Shown here: in pieces, positions 49,001 to 59,509 of the stretch
How positions within the stretch are numbered: position 1 is the stretch's first letter
How the letters are laid out: each line of letters begins with the position of its first letter
DNA from: an uncultured Candidatus Binatia bacterium
GTDB taxonomy: Bacteria > Desulfobacterota > Binatia > Bin18
Length of the DNA stretch: 64,000 nucleotides
Direction: 5' to 3'
Assembly (NCBI GenBank): GCA_965200965.1
Contig: OZ241744.1
Span: forward strand, 1,408,001-1,472,000
Translations under genes and position numbers: made by a program
The notes under the pieces: generated by a model
Databases searched by the model: none
Seen by the model: the letters and a program-made list of their open reading frames with translations, nothing else
Told to the model about the DNA's origin: nothing

Positions 49001-49009
49001 GGCTGGGCC

Positions 49010-49801
49010 TTATTTTCCTTGGAAGCGTGGCTTGCGTTTCTCCACAAAGGCCGTCACTCCCTCGGCAAAGTCGGGTGACTGGGCCGAGATGGTGATGGAC
49101 CGTGCTTCGCTGTGGAGTTGTTCTTGGAAAGAGCTGCCAAAACTCTGGTTTAGGAGCAGCTTGGTGCGGCCAAAGGCCGCGGTCGGTCCTTGGGCCAACT
49201 CATCGGCCAGGCTTGTGGCTTCTTCCAGGACGTTTTCGGGCGGGACGACGGCGGTGGCCAAGCCGAGCTCGAGCGCTTCCTGGGCCGACACCGGGGTGTT
49301 GCGCATAAACAGTGCTGTGGCCCTGCCCATGCCGACAAAACGGGGCAGGAAGAAGGTTGAACTGGAGTCCGGGCTAGCCCCAATGCCGAGAAAAGCGGTC
49401 ACCAGACTGGCCTTGGCCGACACAATCCGAAAATCGCAGGCCAGGGCCAAGCCAAGCCCCCCGCCGGCCGCCACGCCGTTGAGGGCGGCAATCACCGGCT
49501 TTTGCATTTCACGCACGAGACCGATCGCTGTATGCAGGATCGGCATCATCTTTTCAAAGCTGGGTCCGATCGTCCGGGTTTGCAATTCACCGACAAAAAA
49601 CTTGATATCCCCCCCACCGCTAAAGGCCCGGCCCTGGCCGGTCAGAATAACCGCCCGGACATCCGTATCATCGGCACAGACCTGGAGGGACTGGCGCAGG
49701 CCAAGCGACAGCTCGGTATTCATCACATTCAACTGCTCGGGGCGGTTGAGGGTAAGAGTAGCCACCCGGCCCTGGCGATCCAACAGTACGGCGTCTCCCA
49801 T
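49010..49801 (-). CDS. enoyl-CoA hydratase/isomerase (PaaG-like)
   Basis: FSGGGD, AAGGG, GASPDS. Confidence 0.9.
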   Translation of the reverse strand: MGDAVLLDRQGRVATLTLNRPEQLNVMNTELSLGLRQSLQVCADDTDVRAVILTGQGRAFSGGGDIKFFVGELQTRTIGPSFEKMMPILHTAIGLVREMQKPVIAALNGVAAGGGLGLALACDFRIVSAKASLVTAFLGIGASPDSSSTFFLPRFVGMGRATALFMRNTPVSAQEALELGLATAVVPPENVLEEATSLADELAQGPTAAFGRTKLLLNQSFGSSFQEQLHSEARSITISAQSPDFAEGVTAFVEKRKPRFQGK

Positions 49802-49929
49802 CGTCTTCTCCTTTTGCACGCCAGTGTTCCTGCCGTGTGCCGGCTTGACGGGGCGGACAGGATCACCGAGCATAGTCTGGCTCTGCTCCATATAAAATTC
49901 CTGGCCTGAGCGAAAGAGAGGAGACGTGT

Positions 49930-50379
49930 ATGCCGGTCAAACAGACCACACCGCCCCAAGCCCACCAGACCCTGAGCGCGGATCCGTCGGTCGTCTATCT
50001 CGACGTGCGAACCGAGGCCGAATTTACCACCGGACATCCGCCCGGTGCGCTGAATATCCCGGTCATCTTTTTTGACCCGGCGACCCGCCAGCCGAGGCCG
50101 AATCCGGGCTTTCAGACGGTTGTTGAGGCCGCTATCGCCAAAGGGACGGCGGTAATTGTCGGCTGTCAGGCCGGGGTGCGCTCACAGCGCGCCGCGGAAC
50201 TCATGCAGCAGGCCGGCTACAGCGATGTGACCAATATGCAGGGCGGATTTGGCGGCGGCCAGACGCCGGCCGGGGAAGTGGTAGCGGGCTGGCGCGATGC
50301 CGGCCTGCCGGTCAGCACCGACAACGGCGACGGGATCAGCTACGCCTCTTTGGCCGCCAAAGCGGGGGGTGGGGGATAG
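49930..50379 (+). CDS. rhodanese domain protein
   Basis: LDVRT..GHPPGA, CQAGVRS. Confidence 0.9.
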   Translation: MPVKQTTPPQAHQTLSADPSVVYLDVRTEAEFTTGHPPGALNIPVIFFDPATRQPRPNPGFQTVVEAAIAKGTAVIVGCQAGVRSQRAAELMQQAGYSDVTNMQGGFGGGQTPAGEVVAGWRDAGLPVSTDNGDGISYASLAAKAGGGG

Positions 50380-50456
50380 CCTCTGAAAATCCAGTCAACC
50401 CGGCTTTGATTGACCGGGCCGGGGACGCTGCCGGACGACGATCACGCCGCCCGCTG

Positions 50457-50573
50457 AGGTCTGAACCCGGATTCATCTGATTAGGAGATTCGCGTGATTC
50501 CCCGCCCTGGCCTCCCCCCTGCTGACTCCTCCCCTGCCCATCAGCGGAATCACACCGCTCACAGTTCAGACCT
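50457..50573. repeat. nested inverted-repeat element (MITE/REP-like)
   Basis: AGGTCTGAAC/GTTCAGACCT, GTGATTCC/GGAATCAC, GCTGA/TCAGC. Confidence 0.55.
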
Positions 50574-51440
50574 TCCCCCCTGCCCAATCACCCCCTGCGC
50601 CCGCAGGCGTGCTTTCAACGCCGCCTGCGGGCCCTGCCCCTTGGCACTGTTGCACGCCCCGCACAAGCAGTTGCAGGTTATCGAGATGGTCTGTGCCGCC
50701 CTTGGCCCGCGGCACGAGGTGGTCAATGGTGAAGTTGCGAAACGGAAACACTACCCCACACCCGCAGAAGGGGTCCAGCACGATGTCGCCGGGATTGCTG
50801 CTGGCGGTGATGGTGCGCTCTAACACCGCGAGGGGCTTCTGCGTGGGGAAGCCGAGGCGTTCCTTGGCCTGCCCATTGAGTGCCGAAATGTCCCACCCAT
50901 CAGAGAACGGGGAGCCGACAGGGGCAGTGACATCGCAGCTGTCGCGGTCAGCCCATTCTCCAGAAGCGAGCTTGTGCCTGACCCGAGGGTTCTCCCGGTC
51001 ATAGAGGCGCACAATACGGCGTCCTTGCGAGGTCCCTGTATTATATCCGGCCCTCCTCAATTCTCGTTGACGTTTCGTCGGTGGACCGTGGAACTTGTGA
51101 AACGTTGACGCAGGACTTTTGGCGTACAAGAGGAGCACATCATGGTTTCGTTGAAAGGCCGTGATCGTGTTCGCCCATGTATGATAATACCACACAATTT
51201 CATGCCGAAAGGGGACCCGCCCGAAGACCGCGTCAAGCAGCATCTTCAGGGAGGCCCCCGCGGGCGGGTCACAGTGAAGACAGGTGAGGCCCGGCCGGCC
51301 CCGGCACATCTCCAGCAGCCACCCCGCCCTCATAATCAGGTAGCTCTTCGTGCCCGGCGAGTGGCTGAGGCCGGCGGCATCAATGACCACATACAGGGCC
51401 GGCTCTTGCTCGGCAATCGCGCCGTACCAGGCTCCCCATC
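50566..51440 (-). pseudogene. decayed DNA methyltransferase-HNH fusion
   Basis: LHCDP, HEIVWYY, FPTQKP, VLDPFCGCG joined directly to HNH IDHLVPRAKGGTDHLDNLQLL; no catalytic DPPF segment found. Confidence 0.75.
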
Positions 51441-51721
51441 ATCTGAGCACGGGCCAACCCCATGCCAACATCCGCAGGATCAGGTGCCCCCCATGACCTC
51501 CAGTGCTCTTCGGCATTTTTGCACCGGGGGTTTGGATATTGTCGCCTCAGCCGTGCTGGCTGGGCGAGACGAAGTTCCGGGCAGGGTGCTGAAACCGCGC
51601 TCATTTTTGGGAGCGAATTATGAAGTTGGAGTCGCACCCAAGTCGCTTTGGGCGTACTAAGTTCCTGTTTTTGTTGAGGTCGGATTAAGGGGGGGGGGGG
51701 AAGGGTCCGAGCCAAAAGAGG

Positions 51722-52477
51722 CTATGGTCTGTCATCCGTGCCTCCCGGTGGGTATCCTAATGCCCGCAAGTAGGCCCGGACCGCACCGCGTAGTCCCATG
51801 TCCAGGGCGTCGCAGATTAAGGCATGCCCAATCGACACTTCGAGCAGGTCTGGCATATGCTGGGCAAAATAGGGCAGGTTATCCAGATTCAGGTCGTGTC
51901 CGGCGTTCAGCCCTAGCCCAACCGCCCGGGCCATCAGAGCGGCCTGATGATAGGGGGCAAAGACGCGCTCTCGCTCTGGGCCGTTGAACAGGCGGGCGTA
52001 GCGTTCGGTGTATAACTCAATCCGCTCCGCACCGAGGGCTTTTGCCCGGTGGACCTGGTCGGGGTCGGGATCAAGAAACAGGCTGGTCCGAATACCAGCC
52101 TCGCCCAGCCGTTTCAGGATATCGCCCAGCCTGTGCGTATCGTCGTGTAGATTCCAGCCCTGATCCGAGGTCAAGACATCGGGACCGTCCGGCACCAGGG
52201 TACACTGGGTCGGCTGTACCTTTTCTACCAAGTGCAGCAGCTCGGGCGACGGGTAGCCTTCGATGTTGAATTCCACCGCTTGTCCGGTCAGCATATCCCG
52301 CAAGTCGTACACATCCTGATAGCGGATATGGCGGCTGTCTGGACGTGGATGAACGGTGAGGCCGTGACAACCGGCCTTGATACATGTCTGGGCGGCGTGG
52401 ACAACGTTCGGCCGGTCGCCTCCCCGGGCGTTGCGCAGGGTGGCGATTTTATTGACGTTGACGCTGAGCTTGACCAC
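51722..52477 (-). CDS. pdxJ: pyridoxine 5'-phosphate synthase
   Basis: LSVNVNKIATLRNAR, TVHPRPD.RHI, NAGHDL, VSIGHA. Confidence 0.95.
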   Translation of the reverse strand: MVKLSVNVNKIATLRNARGGDRPNVVHAAQTCIKAGCHGLTVHPRPDSRHIRYQDVYDLRDMLTGQAVEFNIEGYPSPELLHLVEKVQPTQCTLVPDGPDVLTSDQGWNLHDDTHRLGDILKRLGEAGIRTSLFLDPDPDQVHRAKALGAERIELYTERYARLFNGPERERVFAPYHQAALMARAVGLGLNAGHDLNLDNLPYFAQHMPDLLEVSIGHALICDALDMGLRGAVRAYLRALGYPPGGTDDRP

Positions 52478-52572
52478 GGTACGAACTTCTTGCCCCGGCG
52501 GCTTGCAGGAAGACCGGGGGTTTGGTGTATTATGTCTCTCTGCTCCCACTATGCAAAGGGGAGGGAAGCGGT

Positions 52573-53766
52573 ATGGACTCGTATCTCCACGAACTCACCC
52601 GGCGGCTGGTTGCCTGGAATACGGTCAGTAGCAACACCAACGCGCCAGTCATGGAGTATCTTGGTGAACAGCTGGAAGGGCACGGTTTTCGGGTGTTGCT
52701 GCAACGGACCGAGGTGGCCGGTACGCAAAAAGTCAACCTGGTCGCGTGTGCCGGGCCACCCGAACCGGACGGGCTGATTATTTCCGGCCATGTTGACACG
52801 GTTCCGTTTGAGGACCAGCCGGGCTGGACCCGCGACCCGCTGCGGCTCGCGATTGAAGACGACCGGGTCTACGGCCGGGGAACCTCGGACATGAAAGCGT
52901 TTATTGCCCAGTGTGTGGACGCCGCGGCCCGGCTTGAGTTGAACGCCCTCACCCGCCCGCTGGTGTTTGTGTTCACCGCGGATGAAGAGGTCGGTATGCT
53001 CGGTGCCGAGCGGCTGCTGCCGGATTTGCCGGACGCCCTGCGTAACCTTCCCCAACCGCGCCTGGCCTGGATCGGCGAGCCGACCTCGGATCAGGTCTTT
53101 CATACCCATAAGGGCGTTGGCCTGGTGACGATCACGGTCCACGGCATCGGCGGCCACAGCAGCGTCCCGGAAAAGGGAGCAAACGCCATTGCGGTGGCCG
53201 GCAGGATCATTGAGACGCTCGGCCACTACCAAGCCGAACTGCGGGGCCAGCCCTCGGCCGAGTTTGCCAGCCTGTTTCCCGAAGCGCCGTACACCAGCCT
53301 GAATTTTGGCGTAATTCGAGGCGGCAGCGCGGGGAATATGATTGCCGAAGAATGTACCCTGCTGCTCAGCTACCGCCCGCTGCCGCGGACCGATCCAGCC
53401 GCAATCCATGCGGAGATTGTCCGCCGCGTTCGGGCGGTCGAGCCCCGCGATTACGGCTCTGAGCTGCGGCCGACTATCGAGGTCGGTGAGCCGTTTATTG
53501 CCCCGCCCCTCTTCTCGCCGCGCCACACCCCGCTTGAGCGGGTGTTGTTTGCCGAGTTCGACACCACTATAAGCGGCGGCGCGCCGTTTGGGACCGACGG
53601 CTGCCAGTTAGCCCGGGCCGGGATTGATTCCCTGATCTGTGGGCCCGGTGAGCTTGACCAGGCCCATCAACCGGATGAAAGCATCCGGCGTGAAGCCTTC
53701 GAACGTGGCTCGAAGCATATTCTGTCGGTTATTCATAAGATGTGTATGGCCCAACAGCCGGCCTGA
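52573..53766 (+). CDS. argE: acetylornithine deacetylase (M20)
   Basis: SGHVDTVP, GRGTSDMK, DEEVG, GEPT, AHQPDE. Confidence 0.75.
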   Translation: MDSYLHELTRRLVAWNTVSSNTNAPVMEYLGEQLEGHGFRVLLQRTEVAGTQKVNLVACAGPPEPDGLIISGHVDTVPFEDQPGWTRDPLRLAIEDDRVYGRGTSDMKAFIAQCVDAAARLELNALTRPLVFVFTADEEVGMLGAERLLPDLPDALRNLPQPRLAWIGEPTSDQVFHTHKGVGLVTITVHGIGGHSSVPEKGANAIAVAGRIIETLGHYQAELRGQPSAEFASLFPEAPYTSLNFGVIRGGSAGNMIAEECTLLLSYRPLPRTDPAAIHAEIVRRVRAVEPRDYGSELRPTIEVGEPFIAPPLFSPRHTPLERVLFAEFDTTISGGAPFGTDGCQLARAGIDSLICGPGELDQAHQPDESIRREAFERGSKHILSVIHKMCMAQQPA

Positions 53767-53780
53767 GCCGGGAGGGTGCT

Positions 53781-54386
53781 ATGACCGACTTGTCCTACAC
53801 GGAACCGATCCGCCTCCGGCTACGGCCCATTCTCGATGTGAACGAAGACGAGTTTTTCGCCTGGTGTCAGCTCAACCGGGACCTGCGCTTTGAGCGCACC
53901 GCGGAAGGAGATGTCGTCATCATGTCACCAGCCGGCGGAGAGACAGGCAACCGGAATGCGCGGCTCAACGCCTTTCTTACAGTATGGGCTCTGAACAACG
54001 GCAACGGCGAGCCTTTTGACTCCTCTACCGGCTTCGTCCTGCCCAATGGGGCGACGCGCTCGCCAGATGCCGCCTGGGTGAGACGCTCTCGCCTGGCAAC
54101 GCTCTCGCCTGAGCAGAAAAAGAAGTTTCTGCCGCTGTGTCCAGATTTTCTTATTGAACTCCGTTCGCCGTCTGACAGCCTGGAGGCGATTCAAGAGAAA
54201 ATGCAGGAGTATCTGGCCAATGGTGCCCGCTTGGGATGGTTGATTGACCCGCTTGACCGTCGCGTGTTTGTGTATCGCCCCGAGGCTGGCGTGAAGTGCC
54301 TGGACAATCCGGCTACCATATCGGGCGATCCAGAACTCCCGGGGTTCAGGCTTGATCTCAGCCGCATCTGGAAGGTTAATTTCTGA
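53781..54386 (+). CDS. Uma2-family endonuclease
   Basis: FDSSTGF, RSPDAAW, PDFLIELRS, LGWLIDP. Confidence 0.9.
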   Translation: MTDLSYTEPIRLRLRPILDVNEDEFFAWCQLNRDLRFERTAEGDVVIMSPAGGETGNRNARLNAFLTVWALNNGNGEPFDSSTGFVLPNGATRSPDAAWVRRSRLATLSPEQKKKFLPLCPDFLIELRSPSDSLEAIQEKMQEYLANGARLGWLIDPLDRRVFVYRPEAGVKCLDNPATISGDPELPGFRLDLSRIWKVNF

Positions 54387-54407
54387 GGAGAGGAAGAGGA
54401 GGACCAT

Positions 54408-55295
54408 ATGAAGTTTGCACTGATGGGGGTTGGCAGCGGCTCAACCGTCCGCCCTGATGTTCTCGCCCAGGTGGCCCACAAAGGCGAAGAGTTGGGCTTT
54501 GAGTCGGCCTGGATTCCGGAACACTTGGCCGTGCCGGTCGAGATGAAAGCCCGCTATCCCGGCTCGGCCGACGGCAGGTTTCCCGGCGGGTCTGGCGTAG
54601 CCCTGCACGACCCGTTTGTGGCCCTGTCGTTTGTGGCCGCCCAGACCAGGACGATCAAGCTCGGCACCGGCGTTTTTGTCCTGCCGCTGCGCAATACGCT
54701 CAGCGTGGCCAAGGCGGTCGCCAGCCTTGACGTGCTGTCGCAGGGACGGGTTATTTTTGGCATTGGCGTCGGCTGGTGCGAAGAGGAGTTTGAGGCCGTG
54801 GGCCTGCCGTTCAAGAACCGGGCTGGCCGGACCCGGGAAGCGGTCAGGGTGATGCGAGCACTGTGGACTGAGGAAACGCCGCAGTTTGACGGCACGCACC
54901 ACCGTTTTCAGCCGGTCGGCTTCAACCCCAAACCAGTCCAGAAACCGCATCCGCCGCTGATTTTCGGCGGCGAGAGCCGGGCCGCGCTCAGGCGCACGGC
55001 CGAGCTGGCCGACGGCTGGTGTGGTATGCGCTATACCCCGGCCAGCGTCAAGCCCTACCTGGCCACCCTGAAAGCGTTGACCGAACAGGCCGGGCGCGAC
55101 TTTTCCGGGCTGGAGATTACGGTGGGGCTTGACCCGAGCGTCAAGCCGACGCTCGACACGGTCAGGCAGTTTGAAGATGCTGGCGTCCACCGGCTGTTTG
55201 TCTTTTCTCCGGGCTGGACACGCCGGTCGCGTTTTGACACCGAACTGTATCCACAGATGGAACGCTTCGCCAATGAGGTTATGGTCAAACTGTGA
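54408..55295 (+). CDS. LLM-class F420-dependent oxidoreductase
   Basis: WIPEH, DPFVAL, LSQGRVIFGIGVGW, PKPVQKPHPP. Confidence 0.9.
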   Translation: MKFALMGVGSGSTVRPDVLAQVAHKGEELGFESAWIPEHLAVPVEMKARYPGSADGRFPGGSGVALHDPFVALSFVAAQTRTIKLGTGVFVLPLRNTLSVAKAVASLDVLSQGRVIFGIGVGWCEEEFEAVGLPFKNRAGRTREAVRVMRALWTEETPQFDGTHHRFQPVGFNPKPVQKPHPPLIFGGESRAALRRTAELADGWCGMRYTPASVKPYLATLKALTEQAGRDFSGLEITVGLDPSVKPTLDTVRQFEDAGVHRLFVFSPGWTRRSRFDTELYPQMERFANEVMVKL

Positions 55296-55367
55296 ACAGG
55301 ACAGGCACTCTGCACGCCCGGGTGAATACGCAAACGGTCCTCACCTTCCTTGAGTCAGGAGCACCCC

Positions 55368-56342
55368 ATGAACACATCCCCTATTCCCCGTCGCCGTTTC
55401 CTGAAAAACGCCGGCGCGCTGGCCGCGGCGGCCACCTTGGCCGGCCGCTGGTCTTTGCCCAAGGCTCACGCCGCTTCGCCTGGCCCGCTCACCTTCGGTA
55501 TTCAGACCCCGCCCCAGAATGTGACCTACAGCGAGCTACAACAGACTTGGCTGGAGGCCGATGAGCTTGGCTACGATAGCGCGTTTGGTTTTGATCATTT
55601 TTTCCCCATCATCACCGATCCGAACGGCCCGTGTCTGGAGGGCTGGACCCTGCTGGCGGCCCTGGCCGCCCAGACCAAGCGGCTCAAGGTCGGCCTGCTG
55701 GTGACCGGCAATACCTACCGCAACCCGGCCGTGCTGGCCAAGATGGCGGCGACCGTGGATCACGTCAGCAACGGCCGGCTGATCCTCGGTCTGGGCGCGG
55801 GCTGGTTTGAGCTGGAACACCGGGCCTTTGATATCCCATACTATACGGCCGGCCAGCGCGCCCGGCGTCTGGTCGAAGCGGTCGAACTGATCAAGCTGCT
55901 GTTCACCCAGGACAGGACAAGCTACACGGGCAAATACTACACGATCACCGACGCGCCGTTTGAACCGAAGCCGGTCCAGAAGCCCTATCCCCCGATTCTG
56001 ATTGGCGGCATGGGGCCAAGGGTCATCCAGCCGCTGGCCGCCCGTCACGCCGATATCTGGCATTTCTTTGTGCGTGACGGTGGGGTGGAAGCGGTGCAGA
56101 AAACCTGCGCTCATTTTGACGCCGTATGTCAAAAAGTCGGCCGCAATCCCGCCGAGGTGCAGAAGTCCGTCTCGCTGCGCTTTCCGCTCCTCAACCGACC
56201 GTCAGCCGAGATTATTCAGCAGGTCAAGGCCTTGCGCCACGCCGGGGTCCAGTACTTCATTCTCTCACTGTTTGAGAACCTGGACCGGCGGCTGATGCGA
56301 CGCTTTGCCACCGAGGTCCTGCCCGAGTTTCGGCAGACCTGA
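55368..56342 (+). CDS. LLM-class F420-dependent oxidoreductase with Tat signal
   Basis: PRRRFLK..AHA; FDHF, EGWTLL, GNTYRNP. Confidence 0.85.
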   Translation: MNTSPIPRRRFLKNAGALAAAATLAGRWSLPKAHAASPGPLTFGIQTPPQNVTYSELQQTWLEADELGYDSAFGFDHFFPIITDPNGPCLEGWTLLAALAAQTKRLKVGLLVTGNTYRNPAVLAKMAATVDHVSNGRLILGLGAGWFELEHRAFDIPYYTAGQRARRLVEAVELIKLLFTQDRTSYTGKYYTITDAPFEPKPVQKPYPPILIGGMGPRVIQPLAARHADIWHFFVRDGGVEAVQKTCAHFDAVCQKVGRNPAEVQKSVSLRFPLLNRPSAEIIQQVKALRHAGVQYFILSLFENLDRRLMRRFATEVLPEFRQT

Positions 56343-56359
56343 ACAGACGGGAGCGGACA

Positions 56360-57577
56360 ATGCAGCACAAGGTTCCCGCGGTGTTCATGCGGGGCGGCAC
56401 GAGCCGAGCGGTCTGTTTTCGGGAAGACGCCTTGGCGGGCTATGACCGGCCGACGCGCGATCGGATTATCCTGGCCGCCCTGGGCAGCCCCGATAGATAC
56501 GGCCGCCAGGTCGATGGGCTGGGTGGCGGTATTTCCTCTCTCAGCAAGGTGGCGATCATCGGCAAAAGCGCGCAACGTGACACCGATGTCACCTTCACCT
56601 TTGGTCAGGTTGATGTGCGGACACCGACGATTGACTGGCGGAGCACCTGCGGGAATATCTCGGCCGCGGTCGGTCCGTTTGCCATTGATGAGGGCTTGGT
56701 GCCGGCGCTTGAGCCGTTCACCGAGGTCCGGGTCCTGGCGACCAACACCGGCAAGCAGTACATCGCCCGGGTGCCGGTGCATCACGGCCACGCCGGGGTG
56801 GAGGGGGAGTACACGGTTGCCGGCGTCCCGGCTCCCGGGGCGTGTATCCGGCTTGAATACCTCGACCCTGGGGGTTCTCTGGGGGGCGGGGTATTGCCGA
56901 CCGGGGTGCCCCGCCAGGAACTGAGCCTGGCCGGCGGTCAGCGCGTCACCGTTTCGGTGCTGGACGCTGCCATGCCGACCGTTTTTGTCCGGGCCGAAGA
57001 TCTGGCGGTTGATGCTCGACGCCTGGCGGCCGAGCTTGACAGCGAGCGCAGTTTGCAGACCAGCCTCGAAGAGATACGCTGCCGGGTAGCCATGCTGCTG
57101 GGCTTGGCCAACAGCCCCGAAGCCGCCTACCACACCAGCCCGGCCTCGCCAAAGATCGCCCTTATTGCCCCGCCGGCCTCCTATATCAGCAGCGGCGGCG
57201 AGGAGGTCAGAGCCGAACAGATTGATGTGCTTGGCCGGGCGATCTCTATGGGCAACACCCACCGCACCTTCCCGGCCACGGTGTCGATGTGTACCGCGGT
57301 GGCCGCGGTAGTGGTGGATACGGTTGTCTGGCAGGTGGCCCGAGCGGCCTCGCCTGAAGGACTCCGCATCGGTCATCCGGCCGGCATCATGGAGGTCGGA
57401 GCCAGGGTACACCGCTGCGGGTCAGAATGGCGGGCTGAGAGCGTCTTCACCCGGCACACCGCCCGGCGGATCATGGCAGGGCATATTCTTGTCCCCCAAC
57501 ATTACCTGCATGGAACCGCCTGGTTCGCCAACGATCAAAAAAGAGAGCAGGGCCTTTACGGTGTAGAGGTCAAATAG
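56360..57577 (+). CDS. prpF: PrpF family isomerase
   Basis: MRGGTSR, QVDGLGGG.SS.SK, CGNISAAVG, HPAG, TARRIM. Confidence 0.85.
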   Translation: MQHKVPAVFMRGGTSRAVCFREDALAGYDRPTRDRIILAALGSPDRYGRQVDGLGGGISSLSKVAIIGKSAQRDTDVTFTFGQVDVRTPTIDWRSTCGNISAAVGPFAIDEGLVPALEPFTEVRVLATNTGKQYIARVPVHHGHAGVEGEYTVAGVPAPGACIRLEYLDPGGSLGGGVLPTGVPRQELSLAGGQRVTVSVLDAAMPTVFVRAEDLAVDARRLAAELDSERSLQTSLEEIRCRVAMLLGLANSPEAAYHTSPASPKIALIAPPASYISSGGEEVRAEQIDVLGRAISMGNTHRTFPATVSMCTAVAAVVVDTVVWQVARAASPEGLRIGHPAGIMEVGARVHRCGSEWRAESVFTRHTARRIMAGHILVPQHYLHGTAWFANDQKREQGLYGVEVK

Positions 57578-57658
57578 AAACCGGGATATTTTTCTCGGAA
57601 TCCGCCTGGAGTCGCTTGACAGAGGTGAATCGCTATCTGCTGGTAGCGTCCTCCGGCT

Positions 57659-58667
57659 TTAATCAGCCGCCCACCGATCCTCGAACTGCCGATCCTCCAT
57701 TTTCAGGGAGACACGCAGATTTTCGTTTAATTCCCTATGCATTGCGGGGAGCATATTGAAGTACTGCCCAACGGCTTGACGAATGCCGGCGAGACAAGTT
57801 TTTGTCTTAATCCAGTTCTGTGGGCTGAAGACCCGGTTTGTAGGTTGTGCCTCATTGGCAGCGGCTTCCAACGCACCGTTGAGACATGTACCCGCAGAGT
57901 CCACAATTTGGCCGACAAGGTTCGCCTCTGATGCTTTCTGAAAGGTGCGCGTTGGATTTGGGACTCTTTGTCCAACGTTACTTACCTGGCAAAAGAAGAG
58001 AGACACGGCATAGAGATGATGATAGGGAGCATAGGCGCGCATCGCCAATAGCGACTCGTTCAGGCTGAGGGGATTGTCCTTCTCCCACCGTATCTTGATT
58101 TCTTGCATCCATTGATGAAGAGAGTGAACATTCTCCGGTGAATACTCACGATTGCGTTTGAAGAGTTGTTCAAAGTGCTTGTCGAAAATCTTGTTCTCGC
58201 TATACGAGACATTAGGGCGTTGCGAATGCCACGCCATCAGGTCTTTCCCCATGTCAAGCAAATCTATAACGATCGATTGGTCTCTGTCAGCAGGAGCCTT
58301 TTCACCTCGTTTTGTGATAAAGTAGCCGCTCGGATATTGCTGCTCATATGATCGTTTGATTGCGAGTACGCGCCGGTCATTACTCCGCAGATCCCTGGGC
58401 TTTACAGCACTCTGTGAAGAGGACTTCGCGGAGAGGGGCTGCATCCACCGTTCCCTTGTTGATGAACTTGCCTTGCAGTACGAACACTGTTGAAGTGCCA
58501 TCATCGACAACGATAGCATCAATCTGCTTGTCGTCGGGGCCGTCCGTCACATCTTCCCTCGTCTCGATCATATCTCGAATGATGCTGATAGTAATCTGCT
58601 TCGATTTCCCTCTTGATTTTTTCGTACATGAGTCAACCTCTCCAATGCGCGGCTGGGCTATTGTCAA
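57659..58667 (-). pseudogene. AIPR-family protein with a large internal deletion
   Basis: N-terminal DGPDDKQIDAI..QGKF fused out of frame to C-terminal SQSAVKPRDLRSN..YFITKRGE. Confidence 0.7.
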
Positions 58668-58691
58668 GGCCTCTTTGTCAGGCGTGTCTCC

Positions 58692-59495
58692 TCAGTGGCC
58701 GTGCGTGGCGACAAAGCCCTCCAACTCGCGGTTGAAGTCCAGCGGGCTTTCCATCTCGTAGCAGTGGCCGACATCTTTGATAACCCGCAGCTCGGCCCCG
58801 GGGATGTGGTCGGCCAGAAACCGGTTGGCCTCAACCGGGGTAGCCCGGTCTTCTTCGCCGGCCAGGATCAGGGTTGGCTGGGTAATGTCTTTCAGGCGGT
58901 CGGTGATGTCCCACCGCCAGACCCCGTTGGGGTCCTCCAGACAGCCAAAAACCACCCGGCGGGGCAGTCCGGCCTCGTTGAGAAAGTTATTCCTGATCAT
59001 CGCACAGACTTCGGGCCGCTCCCGGCGTGTCCTGGCCGAGAAGCACCGCTCCACAATGGCGTCGGCCGCGGCCTGGTAGTTGTCGCGGAGGCTGGCGATG
59101 AACTCATCCGCGTCGGCATAGCGGCTCAGATTAGTGGTGCTGCTGACGATCACATTGCCGGCGACCAAGCGGGGATAATCGAGGCTCATTTGCATGGCCC
59201 GCATCCCGCCCATCGAATTGCCGACCAGAATCGCCCGGTCAACGCCGAGGGCGGCCAGGGCCGCGGCGTCGTCGGCCGCCATGTCCTGAATGGAGTAGCC
59301 GCTGAGCGGCTTGGACGACAGCCCGTGGCCCCGCGCCTCAATCACAATACAGTGGTAGCGATGGGCCAGAACCGGAGCCTGGAAGGCCCACAGCCAGGCG
59401 TTGGCCGAGAAGCCGTGCAGAAAGACCAGGGGAAATCCCGTGCCATAGTGGTTATAATGAATCCTGACACCCTTCTCGCGTTCGACATACGGCAT
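58692..59495 (-). CDS. alpha/beta hydrolase
   Basis: FLHGF, GNSMGG, GH. Confidence 0.9.
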   Translation of the reverse strand: MPYVEREKGVRIHYNHYGTGFPLVFLHGFSANAWLWAFQAPVLAHRYHCIVIEARGHGLSSKPLSGYSIQDMAADDAAALAALGVDRAILVGNSMGGMRAMQMSLDYPRLVAGNVIVSSTTNLSRYADADEFIASLRDNYQAAADAIVERCFSARTRRERPEVCAMIRNNFLNEAGLPRRVVFGCLEDPNGVWRWDITDRLKDITQPTLILAGEEDRATPVEANRFLADHIPGAELRVIKDVGHCYEMESPLDFNRELEGFVATHGH

Positions 59496-59509
59496 ACGCT
59501 TGTCCCTCC

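Noticed and set aside
57616-57645. TTGACA as a promoter
   Set aside because: No acceptable -10 element at 16-18 bp
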